A DNA stretch of 64,000 nt from positions 1,269,059-1,333,058 of the forward strand of contig NMRA01000035.1 in NCBI GenBank assembly GCA_002633005.1, read 5' to 3'. Below the pieces are notes generated by a model. It was not told the origin of the DNA. It did no database searches and was given only the letters and a program-made list of their open reading frames with translations. A program made the position numbers and the translations under genes. Each line of letters opens with the position of its first letter. The first letter of the stretch is position 1. Source of the stretch: Phoronis australis (Eukaryota; Animalia; Phoronida). Below, piece after piece: positions 1-13,348 of this stretch.

Positions 1-1039
1 AGGAACAAGATGAGACCGATTTATGCCCATAATGGCAAAATGGTGGATAAAGGAATTGTGTTTGTAAGAAGGCATCATGGGTACTTGAATGCATTATTTA
101 ATATCCTATGCAAAAGGCTTTGAAATGAAACTTCACACTTTGTAAATTATGATTTAGACTTTTTAACCAACTGACAATGTTGGAAATCACCGAATTACTC
201 GTGAAACCACAATCAATCATGTCCCGGCCGGTGCCAAAAAATACTTTCTTCACGAGCCTTTTCGATCTTCTAACACAACCCCACCGTGTTCTGACCTTCG
301 CCTTTAAACTTCCATTGGTGTCAACCAAACCCGAGTCAATACACTGTATACTGAAAGCCATAGTGTTTCAAAGCAGCTATCCCACCACTACAAGCAAACT
401 TCACGACGCCTGGCCTGAAGCAAGAATGGACCGACAGTTCTTCTGAAGCCGAAACTAGAAACAGTGTCCAGTGAGTAATTAAGACTATTAGACGAGATTT
501 GTAACGGTATAAAGTCTAGATCAAAAGGTATTTTGACAAGAGGGCGCGGATTTATTACCCCTTAAAGAACATGGCGACTGAAAACCAAGGGAATTTAAAG
601 TGGTCATAAACCCGTTTCACGTCACGAAACTTTCGATTTGGACCACCTGCGGTTACGAAATTTTGTTCCTTAATCAAATTTCAAGGCTTCCAAGAACTGA
701 TCGACAGTTCGTTAATGCCTGAAAGGAGGCTCTAGAACTCAAGTTGGTTTGTTGGTATATAGGACTAACCAACTGCAGATTCTTTGGAAATTCAAAAATC
801 ACTTATCGTCAGTGTAAGGAAAAAGTTGACGCCAATTTCACAGTAGTAAATGACCGAATTCAAAAGTTCGCTTTTTGGACGGAACAGTCCATCAGCATTT
901 GCAGTGATTCTTAACATAAGCGTGCCACACGATACCCATTAGATTATGCTATATGGAAATTTGTTTTCATAGCATGATTTAGATAAACGAGACTACCGAG
1001 TATAAGGAATGCCAGTGAAGAAAAATTGAGAGCAGACAA

Positions 1040-1204
1040 CAGTGGCGGATTTAAGAGGGCGGGGGGCTAGGGGGCTACGCCCCCCTAATATTCTTCCAGA
1101 TTCCACTAGGCAATGCGGGGGTGCCAATGTCTGACGAGCAAAATTCTGGCTAATACTCTGCCCTGGACCCCCCTCCCTAATTCAAAATCCTGGATCCGCT
1201 ACTA
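1040..1204 (+). mobile_element. GC-rich-end MITE, family B1
   Basis: Ends CAGTGGCGGAT...ATCCGCTACTA, flanked by the 5-bp direct repeat GACAA. The interior is homologous to 18115-18273 in reverse orientation. Confidence 0.85.
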
Positions 1205-4200
1205 GACAACGTGTATCTACAATCATCAATTCAACGTTTTACATCATCTAAGACGGAAACTTTGCTACTTCGAGTCATTAAGTCGATCAACTTTTAAAGG
1301 CGAGGGCAAAACGCACGCAGCCACCCAAAGTGAAAAGACGGACGACACTGGATTCTCTGCAAAACATATGCCAAGCTACAACGTACAAGAACGTGGGAAG
1401 TGTTGTGTCGCATGACTTGAGACAGCGCATCTGTGTTCTAATTGATTTACTGTTTGTATAACACAGCGTAACTTTATTTAGGTGTCTCAACGTTGGAGAC
1501 ATGACCTTTTAGCGAGAACGACCTTTAGACGAAAGGGCCGAAAATAAATCGATTTGCAAAAGCAACGCACCTAAATTATCAATCAATCTAAAGGCTGCAC
1601 AGGTTTGAAAAAGGGAACATTATTGCAGTATCATGCCACTACAACGTGTAGACGTGGACACGACGTAAGAAAAAGTCTTACTACATGGAAAACAAATATT
1701 ATTCGACGGTGTACGTCCCACGAAACGCACACTATTGCACACACCTTTACTAATACAAGTTCCCATTCCATGTTAGAAAAAAATTGACCATTCTTCTAAC
1801 GAAATTTACGTGATTCTTAAAGCAACAACTATCGCTATGCTTTTACAGGAAAGTTGAGAATTATAAAACCAAAGTAACCATTAAACGCACTCCGCATCTG
1901 GTCAACGATTGACATTTTACCCAACTGAAGTCTATGCTTGTTGATTCTGACGATCTTTTAAGCAACAAAAAGTAATTGTTCTGACGGTTAGACAGCTATT
2001 TGTAAAATATTTGATGCAAATCTTTTATTCTTTAGAAACTTATTTTAAACAAGTGCATTATCAATAATTGCGTGTGTTCAGTTGAACTGAAGAGTAATCC
2101 CGCAGACGCTTCGTTCGACATGACGTTATCGCTGGCCGACAGTTAAAAAAAGTTACAAAGAAAGATTAGTTAATTGTTTAACGGAAGTCGATAGTGTATC
2201 CATTTGCAGTATTGAATTGGTCTTCAGATGACGTCGCTGGTGGCAACAATGTGAAACAAAACACAAGTGTATCCTTAAGAGGATCTGGTTCGCCTCTTTT
2301 AGTTTCGGATTTATTTTCTACGTTATGAAACAAAACGCAATTTTACCACGAAAACTGTTCACGTGTTGGGACCGAGAATGTCACTTAAAATGAGGCATAC
2401 GGAAAATATCTGTAAGAATAACTATGAACACAAAAATTTGCTTTTTACCATTATATTTGTAACCTAAACAGCTTCGTTTGCAGGTTTTTATCCAAAATCT
2501 CCGAAAGTAAGGATTTTGCACCATTTAACAGTGACGGCGGGCGAACATTGCGAGCATGCGTAGTGATGCGAGTTGAAACATCTATAGGCAGTGCTCTGTA
2601 AGACGACAAACAATCGCTGGTCTGACAGAAACGTGGCTTTTTGAGCAATTATACTGAATAGGCGTTGACAGAATAAAGCACATATGGCCAGAAAATGGCA
2701 ACATGCTCTTAACTTTATGTGCAAGCTGGTACTAAAAGCACTCCGCATATATAAGGAAATTCATTACATTCCACCGTTTAGCAGAGCAATGAAAGAAAAT
2801 GGTTAGCGCACGAAGTATCCCACTTCACGCGATATAGCAAGTAGACTGGACACCATTAAATGCTCATCCAAACGTTTTGGTCGGCAGCGAAGCCTAACAG
2901 ACAGACATACAGACAGACAGACACACCAACAAATTGCTTCACATAAAGTTGAAACCGACTTGGCGAAACGGACGACAACAAGAATTGTTAGATTGCGATT
3001 GGAAAACAATAAAAAGGTAAATTAAAGAATGCAGTAATGTCGAGCGAAAATTATCACTAAAACCATGTAGGGACGTTAAATGAAAAACAATACGCGTACT
3101 TCCACCGTGGAGATAAATGTTGTTGTTTGCAATGGAAATCAACTTTGCAGGCGATAATCGTCAAAATGTTAATTGACTATCGTCAATATAAACCACTTAT
3201 AAAAAAAATAACCACTTGGTTTGAAATAATAAATAAAATGCCTAAAATAGTCACCCGCCATTATTTATAGACAACTGAGGCGCAACAGTACTACTACCAC
3301 GTTTTATCAAAAACTAAGAACTGATAAATTTGGTGGATTATGAATGCAGTTTTATTTTAGACGTCAACCTAGAAACCAACGCCTGTGCTGAGCAATCAAG
3401 AGGGAAGTTGTTATCCAAAGTTTGAAGACAGTTGAAATGTGAAATACTAAGTACCAGAAAGCAGCGAATACAGTCAAAACATTACTCAGGCCTACTTCTG
3501 TAGGCTATGGAATTGACATTTAGCCTACAAAGTATATAATGAATTCGTGATGCATTGGCTAAACTTGCCGCAGTCGTCTGTTGGTATCGCACAGCCTTCA
3601 ACTATCGCGTGTCCGACGGGAAAAAGGTTTAACTCAAAGCAGGCCATCCGGAAATGTGAACTACGATTCTATATCGGACAGATGCTTATAACAATGAGCA
3701 GCGCAAGAAAATTGTCAAAATATTAAGAGTGTCAGTTATTTTTTCTCAATGACGGACTCAAACGATGGTGTACTTTTGGACATAATGCGCACAAACATTG
3801 AAAGCTTTCTGAAAGTGAGTCGGTCAGTGAACTCGTAAGACTGTTTACTTCACCATCAAGTACTTAAATGACCCCCATATCGATTTGGGTGATTAGATGA
3901 ACTGAAATTAACCATCTTATATTTCCACATAGAAGACAGTGAATTAATGGACAACAAGATTAGAATAGCAGACGAACGAACAATACAGACGTTTGCGGTA
4001 CAATCTGGAGAAAGTATAAAAACCAATGGACGGTGACGTTCAAAGACAAAAACAAAACTTGGTGAATCATTCCAAAAGATTCAACACCATTATAAGAATT
4101 AAATCCGTTCATTCCGCTGACTACACCGGTAATATGATCGCCGCTGACTAAATGTCTACACAGTTGCGATTTCCATGGCATACACTACCACCTTAGTAAC

Positions 4201-6303
4201 TGGACGAGTCACTGACACAGCCCAAAGAACAGGCAGACAAACAGTGGGCAGACGGACGGGACTATAACAATGGATCCGCCCAATCATAAAACGAAGGTCT
4301 AAAAGTCAGCGAACCTTCACCATGAACAAAAGCACCCTCGAAAGACACATCTCTTCTCGACTTATAATGCATGCAATTTGAAACTCTTTCAAATTTAAAA
4401 CGACCGTGAACCCGTACTCCACCACAAAAAAAACAGCAACAATTTTTACCGTTGTGAAATAGGTCTCGAAATGTTCCTCGGTCAAATTTGATGAGATTTA
4501 TGGGCTTCAACAAGCACTGGCGGTTCGTTATTGCTCGAGACCAGCCCCACCAACTTGGCTTGTAACGGCGTGACAATTAATGCACCAAACATAACGGCAA
4601 TGAATCACCAACAATCAGTTATACGCAACTAAGAGCCAGCTTATAGAGGTAATGGTGAATCAGATAAAAATGTTGATACACATGTACAAGTGTTTCCTAC
4701 CACAAATGTAATACAAACACTCGTCATGCAAACCGCGAAAATTGGAAATGTAGCAGTAGTGACCGTGGTTTTTTTTGAAGCTTCGTATGGCTGGTCATGT
4801 GGCTTGACCTCTCGGCACTATGTGAATTTGTCATGTACTGGCTCAACACTGCCGTGACTCAGTTGAAGTGTTTACCATGGGTTTGATGGTTATCTTAAAA
4901 TGACATTTTAAATAAACAATATGGGAAAACAAAAGAAGAAAGTGAGGCCATAAAACTGTCGACCTGAGGACAGATGCGATGGGGAACTGGCTTCAATGAA
5001 ATGCAATGGACTGGTGATTTTTATGTCACAGACGTCTATGATTTACTGCGGCTGGCATCGGGGCGAGACTATGACACGACGGTTGGAAGCTGGGCTGATC
5101 CCGTGGTTTGAGTCAGGGCAATAGTATTGACCTCTGTTGACCAGGGACGCTGTCTCTTGAGGCGTGTTAGGCTCCCACTTCATAACGACTGAATAAAGAT
5201 TTAGTCACGTGTTATGAGTGCATCACAGTCAAATAATGCCTACAAGTTTCTCAATAACTAGCAGTTTCGTGAACGTGTATAGTCTAAGAGAATGCACTAG
5301 TTCTGAAGTGAGATTTAATTATTTTTCAGAAATAGTAATGTGGACGGCAAGACTAAAAGGAAGCAGAGCCTGGAGTAATTTCCATGTACGCCATGAATGT
5401 TGTACAGAAGTGGGCTATCTGTCCAAAATGTTACTAGATTTTGCTCTGTGGTATTTGTAGGCCTACTGCGTCATTGTATTTGCACTTAAGAATGAAACAA
5501 GTATGTTTCGAAATATCATGTGTCTTTCAATCATGTCTCTTGGTCAGTTACTTTAGCAATGTTCTGGTGAATTTCGAACTTAGTTCCTAGGATATGAACG
5601 GAATGGAATAAAGATTGTCAATAACGACAAGTGCCATGTCTTCAACAAAAAGGTTAAAGCGAATTTTTTTCTAAAATAACGGTCTGACCGATAGTCGGAA
5701 AAGAAAACGCGGCAGTTTGTTCTGAGGAACGATATGATATACTTCCAAAAGCCGATCTCCCAATAACCAGACGACGACGTGCGTTCCAATTGCGTATCGA
5801 CTGCAGCACGTATGAGATGCGTGATAGATCACAAGATCTCGCAGATACTGTTTTTCAAATTTCCTTTGCTGCTGCAAATTCTACAAAACGAGATGGTAAG
5901 GACCAAGCTCGTAATGTGTGAAGATAAAGGATAACCAGCGCTGTCAAAAGAGACACGCAGGCAACCTTAGTATGGATCAGAATATTATCATACCAGATAC
6001 ATGACTGTCAGTCGTCATACCGTGTGTGCTTACGGTAATACTAGTTGACGCCCTATGATTGAGCCCTAATGTTTCCACTGAGTGGCGATGCAGTTTTCAT
6101 TGCTGATGACAAAAACAAATTGCACCATGCCTATGAAACCGTAGTATCACAAATTTTCAAGCATTATTGGAAGCTTGTTATTCGAAATCGTCAGTATATC
6201 TTCAATATTTCATGAGATGGTGGCGACAGACGCAAGAACCTAAAGAACTTTCCTTCGCTGAACTGCTCTTAAAAGGAACCAAATGTACCAACCAGTACTG
6301 TCA

Positions 6304-6372
6304 CATGGGCGGCGCAGCACTGAAATAAGTGGAGGGGGCTATTGCCCCCTAGCTCTCTATGGTGCGCCGCCA
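6304..6372 (+). mobile_element. About 70-bp GC-rich MITE, family B2
   Basis: CATGGGCGGCGCA...TGCGCCGCCA flanked by TGTCA on both sides; homologous to 11625-11703 reversed. Confidence 0.7.
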
Positions 6373-8753
6373 TGTCACCGACGGGCGGCGCAGCACTAGC
6401 AGTCAGTGGAAAAATACTACATACACACCTTGAAGACAACCATGGCCGATTGTTCACAGATCATCACAATCAAACGTATTTCCAAACAGTTCCAAGCACG
6501 TGCCACCCAGGGGTGCATTCAAAAAAGACAGTTTCTAGCAAGTTTGGGGAGATCACGTAAAATATTGCCAGTCATTTCATGGAAGCACGTGATCTGGTTA
6601 GTTTTCACTCGCAAGGACAAGCGTTACTGCGAGGGGCAGAGGGCCCAAGAATACAACCCTGCTGCAAGCAGCATCGGCCAAGAACGTTATCTGTGAAGAC
6701 ACTGCAAAACTAAGCTTTCACACGCTTATAATACAGAAATACAGTTTACACTATTAGCGTAGGCACTCAGTGAAAAGACCCACAATTCACCAGTCGATAT
6801 TACACAAATGATGACGACAGAAATTGCATCCAGACGTTTTTGGCACGGAGGTTCACTTCGGAGTTGCAACAGAGCGTTGTGTATTATTACGAGTAAACTT
6901 GCGCTAGTACACAACGGTATCACTTACACAATATTTGAAAATAAAGCAGGCAGTGGAACCGAAAAATTCTGAGAGACAAAACAACAGGCAATCCGCCGTA
7001 TTTTTGTAAAACGGATGTTGCCTTTCACTGTACCTTACGGCGATTGCAAACAAACAGCAATTAACTCAGTTAAATTGTTAATACGCGCTAACATACGAGA
7101 GATTTCTCACTATAGAAGGACTTGGGCCGCAGGAAAATTTTAATGATGAGCGTTTTTAATATTTAAGCTTGATGGTATTTTTGCGGATCACTAAAGCAAA
7201 TGAAAGGTTCCCATGAGTCTCAACACATGTTAAATTAGTTCTGTCTGAAAGAAGTGTGAATACTCCAAGTTCTTAGCGAGCGATTAACAACATTCTGACA
7301 TAATTAATATTAATTAACCTAATTACATTTGGATACCCTAGTTGCAACAATTTGTAACCGAGTAAGACCTTTTGATCAGCACGCTCCCGTCAACTTTAGA
7401 GGATATTCTCAGTACTTCTGAATTGCTGGAAATATCAGGAATGACTAGAAAACGAAAGCTGATTCCGAATACAACGTCATAGTTTTAGTTAAAAATAAAA
7501 CTGATGCAAAATCAGTTCCTCAAACGTCTAGTAAATTCACGAAAAGAAGATAGCAGTAATTAAACATGTACTGAAGAAGACATCCTAGACAGTTGAAAAT
7601 TCTTCAGTCAGGCTGTAAAAATTGAACGAGAATGTTGCTGAAAATTTAAGGTTTGCGCCAAGTTTTACTTAAAAGCTGTTAAAATACGAAGCACCTGACT
7701 GCGTAGCGTCATCACGCGGAAACTGAAGGAAAGTCTAAAATTACGCCAACCACACAGGCACACTACCGCTTCTTCAATCAAGTAGACAGAAACTTGTTTG
7801 CAAAGGGTCGCATTTTCACAGAATAACAAGAGCCAGAAGGGCGCATTTCCTTATGGGAGGGAATTTCAGGCACGATTAATTTCGCAATGGCCTAATAATC
7901 TAACCTGTTCAGCATGGTCCAATGTTTAAATGATAATAAAATCAAAGTGTCTGGCATCACAAGGGCGTTTGCCGTCTTACATGTATAGTCTTCGACTTGG
8001 TTAAAAGCACGCATTTCTCATCACTTTTTAGATGAAACAGAATCTATTTTTACCATACTGTGCAGTGTGCATGTCAAGTTATCAACTACTTTTCCATAGT
8101 GAGTGATTCACCAACAAATCGTGAATGATTAATTTAAAGATTCTAAATTAATCGAAAACGCATGGTATTTCGCTGCACAGTCTCCGCGTTTATCTTTCCA
8201 CGAGCATGTTTGCCAACGTTAGAAAACACAGGCTGGTTTGATAAACAAACCCAGAGATCTACAGGATATAATACGAAACTTCTACAGCACTGACAGCAGT
8301 TAGGTTGAATAGAGGATATGCATTTACAAATGCATTTTTGCTCGAGTGAATCTCGTGGTTGTCCTGCGGAGAACTTGACACTAGGTATGCAGGTCGGCAG
8401 ACGTGTCCTTTGGAGAAGTCATTCAGCAAACCCGGCCAGCAAGTTTGAGATTAAAACTTCGTGAAACCGGGTTGATTGCACACATGTCTGATTGGTTCTT
8501 TACAATTCTCTCAATTTGCTTTAAAATGTTGAAATTATGAGCATAAAGGTAAAACCGACGCATGATATTTTACAACCGTAGCAAAGAGATCCGATCTTGT
8601 AGACGAACGTCAAAAAATACTTCGCCCCAAGAAAATGCTGGATCGCTTTTGCCACGTTTACAGGTGGTGACCACGTTGTAACCCGTGTTTAATGTTGACC
8701 AAGGCGAGATTAAAAACAACACTCCCATGCATGAGCAACAGGCGAGAACTCAC

Positions 8754-9043
8754 TTGAATAGCAAACTCTTCCGCCTCCTCACTCTGTCGGGCTGATTTAA
8801 ATCCAACGTGCACTCAAAGTTGCAATTAATGTCTCCGGAGTCAAAGTCGTCGTTACAATTCAATTCATATTCGATGTTATGCTCGCTCTCGTGATAATTG
8901 TCAATATTCAGTCTGCATCTGAATTCCACAGTAACGTCCTGCATACACACAGCCTTTTTTCTCCTTGGCAACGGGGAACCTGTGCTGCCCGGGGTAAGTT
9001 CCCCGGAGCAAGGCAGCGTATGTTCTACCAGCATGATCCGCAT
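8754..9043 (-). CDS. Candidate alternative (internal) first coding exon of PKG in intron 4
   Basis: ATG-initiated 97-codon ORF with protein-like composition (SPLPRRKKAVC, acidic middle, RRRKSL). It ends TTC AA|GTGAGT, a consensus donor in phase 2, the same phase as the end of exon 4. Confidence 0.55.
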
Positions 9044-9868
9044 CGAAACTGAGTCAAGCTAAGACACACGCGCTTGATAAATGAAAAAGGCTTATTACGC
9101 TAAAGACATCCATTTCGCTTAACCGCCACTTTCAAACTGAAGCCAGCCACGCCATCTGATGTACACAACTCGTCTGCTCACGTAGCGAGTGCGCACAGGA
9201 TTCTGGGATAGCACAGGCTGAATCTAATTTCAACCCACACTGTTCCCAACGTGGATTGCGAATAATCAACGAACTTGGACTTCTCGGAACGAAATCTATA
9301 TTGACTTAACGGGGTGGACTTCTACAAGCAACCATTCTTTTATGTTTTCTGAAACTCACGTATGTGGCCAATTTTCAAGCAGCGTGATTCAATGCCTTAC
9401 ATGCAATTAAACTACGAAGTGTTCAACTCCCAACGGACAGGTGCAAATAAGCATTCACTTAAGTTCAAAGAATCGTAGCTCCTTTAGCGTCAATGAGAGG
9501 CTACAATACTCTAGAAATTGAATTGATTTAAATCAAGCTCCGTGAGCTCAAGTCGTCGTGATGCGCAAAAGGGCTGACGCCCCTCTGTGACTGGACGACA
9601 GAAAATAAACACTCGTAGAACACATATAAACGAAATTGACACGGGATACCAAAATGATTAGATCTTACGGAGTGACTGGCAAATAGAGAGAAAAGATCCA
9701 GAGAACAAGCGCATTCTACTCCATTGAAATAACTGGGATGTTCCAGTGCCCAGGTCGCAACATAAGCCAGCGCCATGATTTTTACTTTTAGGCCTACCTA
9801 TCAGTACTCCGGCAATACGAATTCCCTGAGAAACAAAAATTACCTCGTAAAAGCTAGTGACGGTTACG

Positions 9869-10390
9869 TAGGACGTTATTGACAAGCCTGCGTAGTTAGC
9901 CAAATATTTATAAAACTATAACTTTTAAATTAGAAAAAGTACATAATTTCTGAAAGTAGAAAGTCGGTTGAATTTGCTTTTTAATCGCTTTCCAATCTGC
10001 CATTAATTGGGTCACGTGACAATGTATTTTTAATGAAAATTACCAAAAGAAAAATACATTGATAGCAAAACAACGTTATCAATAACATGGTCAAAAATGT
10101 ATATTTTATATACATGTCCAAGACGGGATCTTAAAAATGTTTTACAGTTTTATAAATTGTCATTTGGTTTGTGCTTTATACAGTTTAAGAGCTTTTTCAT
10201 GAAAATCATGAAAGTGCTATTTTTCATAGTTCCTCATGAAAAATGAAACACTTTAATACCGATTCTAACAACGTTTGGAGAACAGTGCCTACAGCGTAGT
10301 ATCTGAAAGTTTCGCACGAACTCAAACAGTCATTTCTGAGACGGGATGTTCCGAAGTTAGCCAAATTTGGACATTTGTCAAGGGTCCTTA
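9869..10390 (-). mobile_element. Old interspersed non-autonomous DNA element, family A
   Basis: Shares the blocks GGTCACGTGACCCAATTAAT, TTTCTACTTTCAGAAA, TTGGCTAA and CTTGTCRATAAxGTCCTA with four other copies; reverse orientation. Confidence 0.75.
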
Positions 10391-11624
10391 GCAGCAATAC
10401 ACATACAGTATAGCATGTTTATTTGCACAGTCATGTCGCTCTCAAGCATTTAACTTGATATCAAAGTATTCAAAGGCAAAGATAAAAGTGTTAGTTGAAG
10501 TAGGACTGAATGTTTATCTAAGAGACGTTAATTTTGCTCGTCGAAAAAACAAAAAAGTGTTCCACAATTAACTTGGCGTTAGATAAAATACTCAGTTATC
10601 GCGCTATCATACTAACTAATGGTAAAGAAAGCAGACGGTTAATCTGACTACTGTTCATCCTAGCAGGCGCACTGCAGATCGTCTGCAAGTTCTACCAATT
10701 TCAGTGAGATAAGGCTGAAAAGCTGACGACAAAAAACAAACGGAGAGAGACTGGGTGATCATTAAATCCAACTTTAACACATGCAACTTCTCCCAATTTG
10801 GTTCAATTAACAAGAAATAAAAATGCAGACGAAAAGGTGAATGCGTTTCTGAACGATTTGTTGATTTTCAGTACTTCTTCCTATGGCTCCGGTGTTAAAA
10901 AGGCCAACACAGTGAAATCCAAAATGCATTATCTATAATTTCTGTCAGGAATATTTAAAAGATTGACTCGAATATCTAGAATTGATATATTAAAGCAGGA
11001 ACTTCGAAATCATTACATAAGAGGAGGCGTGGTGTTCTCGTGGATAGCTGATGAATTCAATTCGAGGCATGTACCGGCAATCCTCATTGCAGTATTAACA
11101 AATTTGACAGATAACCACAAGTCGAAACCCTAATGACATATTAATTGGTATTTTGGTTATTTTCATTAGAAACTATCGCAAACTAATTGCTAACAGTCGC
11201 TCTCTGCAGGTCAGTGCCTTGCCAAGTTCTTATGTAAGGTCTAGAAGTATATTTTTGCAAGTGTTACTGCGTGCATGCCATTTGTTTCACGGGTTTGCTG
11301 AATGCTTTTTAGTACGTGTTTATCCAGTACGTATTTTACAATAAACGGAATAAAACAATCTACGTTACAAAAATGCCTTGAAGCCAGCGTAATCAATTAA
11401 ACCCGTCAAGTAGAAGTCCAGGATTGAAGTTCAGTTCTACGGTCGCAAGGCGCAAAACACACTCGTCTACAATTCACCAATGGAATCAAAGTGATGTATG
11501 TGATGCAATTGAACAACTGGTACAACTGCGTACGTTTCCTATTGGTGTTCTCTAGAGTAATGAGAACAAAAAAACGACTTCCGCTTGATCCCGACTCAGG
11601 TTCTGTGGACAGAAATTCACAACG

Positions 11625-11703
11625 CAAGGGCGACGCACTATAGGGGGCTGGGGAAAGGGGGGGGGGGCTATAGCCCTCTTTTTTCATTGCTACGCCGCCC
11701 ATG
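11625..11703 (-). mobile_element. About 80-bp GC-rich MITE, family B2
   Basis: CAAGGGCGACG...CGCCGCCCATG with flanks CAACG/CAACT (5-bp TSD, one mismatch). Confidence 0.7.
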
Positions 11704-12862
11704 CAACTACACAGTGGTCCATTAATTTAAAAACAGAGGAACAAATTCCACTACTCCCATTGTTTAATTAGGTTAAATTCATTAATTTATTTTAGCTTTC
11801 TGACATCGGCTGGCATCGAAATTTCCGCACTTCATCAGTCGCAGCCACCACAGTGCAGCCGCAGATTCTTCTTCGCAGTGAAATGTAAGGGACATGATGT
11901 CCTTCATAGTGTGGATATTCCACGAGGTGTCCTTTTACCGTAAGCCATTAGTGCATCCCTTCACACATCAGTGATCATTTGCCGGCATTGCGCTGCCAGG
12001 AAGGTGTTAAAACACTGTTGATACCAATAGGTTGACACCTCCGGTTCGCATTACATGGGATCTATAAGTGGCGCTGAACGCCTGTCCACCAAAGACCTGA
12101 TCGCCATCTGGCGGGATGCTGAATTTCAATATGGCGCAACTACTTCGAAAAGCAGCTAATCGGAAACGAATGTTGTCTCAGTCGCCTGAAAAGGGTGCTA
12201 ACCCAGGAGGTGGAAAAGATTCCGTGCCGATTCCTCTAAATTCCTACTACGATACCCCATAGGCCACAGTACATACACCGAACCCGAGGTATGAAGCCAG
12301 CCAGATCCGTGCCCCTGAACTTCACCCACATGTCAAAAAGATTACATATTTATACCCGAGAAACGAACTTCAGTGTCGCGGACAAGAACCTCCACACGAA
12401 CTCTAAGCTAGGAGACTGGAGTTTGCTCCCCTCGATATGATGGAGTTTGGTAACCGCGTATCGAGCATTTTCGTCACGTTTGTGAAATTTAGAGCCATGG
12501 GTCTCGAAGTTGTACTGCGATTTTGGCGTTTACTGGTTTGGGACTGGGTTTATATGAACGTAGTTTGAACTTATAGGAGTGCCCAAGAAATTGTCTCCAC
12601 CCCAAAATGATTCTTAACTTCAGAGAAAAATTATCTGGCAAACATGTACAGTGACCAATAGTTTCGAATGTGATGATTATGTTTTAGCAAAGCTGAGGAG
12701 ACAAATGAGGATTGGGGATTACCTGTCTTACATTTGCCAACCAGAATAATTATATAATATACTTCCTTGGCAAAAGCAAAAAAGAGAATCAAAAAAGAAG
12801 AGTGCCTTCGAAGTTCACACATGGTAATCGCCCGTTTATCGTTGAGCGGCTAAAATGTTATT

Positions 12863-13348
12863 TAAGACCGTGGGGGGAAAGGTTCAAATTTGGGTAACTT
12901 CGGAAAAACACATCTCAGAAAAGCCTGGTGAGCCAGAACCATATGACATTTTCACATAACATGTTTTATGTATTGATGTCCAAAGCGATTAGGAATTATT
13001 GGATGAGGGGCAACAAAAATAAAACATTTAAGATTGTCATGAAAAAACTCACGAAAGTTGCATGAAACGAAAAGGAAATGACAATGTAGAAAAATATAAC
13101 AGCGTTTTCGAGATTTCACCTTGAGCTCTTACATCAAGCGAATTTCGGTCACATTAGAGATACTGTTGTTTCTCTTTCTGTTTTACTTTTTTCCTAAAAA
13201 GGACAAAGTCACGTGACCCAATTAACGACAGGTTGGCATTAAGCCAGAATTAAAATTCTACAGGGTTTCTATATTCGGAAAATATATTTTTACTGATATA
13301 AAATCTATAACATGTCTCTAAATACACTGGCTTGTCGATAAGGTCCTA
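12863..13348 (+). mobile_element. Family A element
   Basis: TAAGACC...TCAAATTTGGGTAACTTCGGAA...GTCACGTGACCCAATTAA...CTTGTCGATAAGGTCCTA. Confidence 0.75.
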
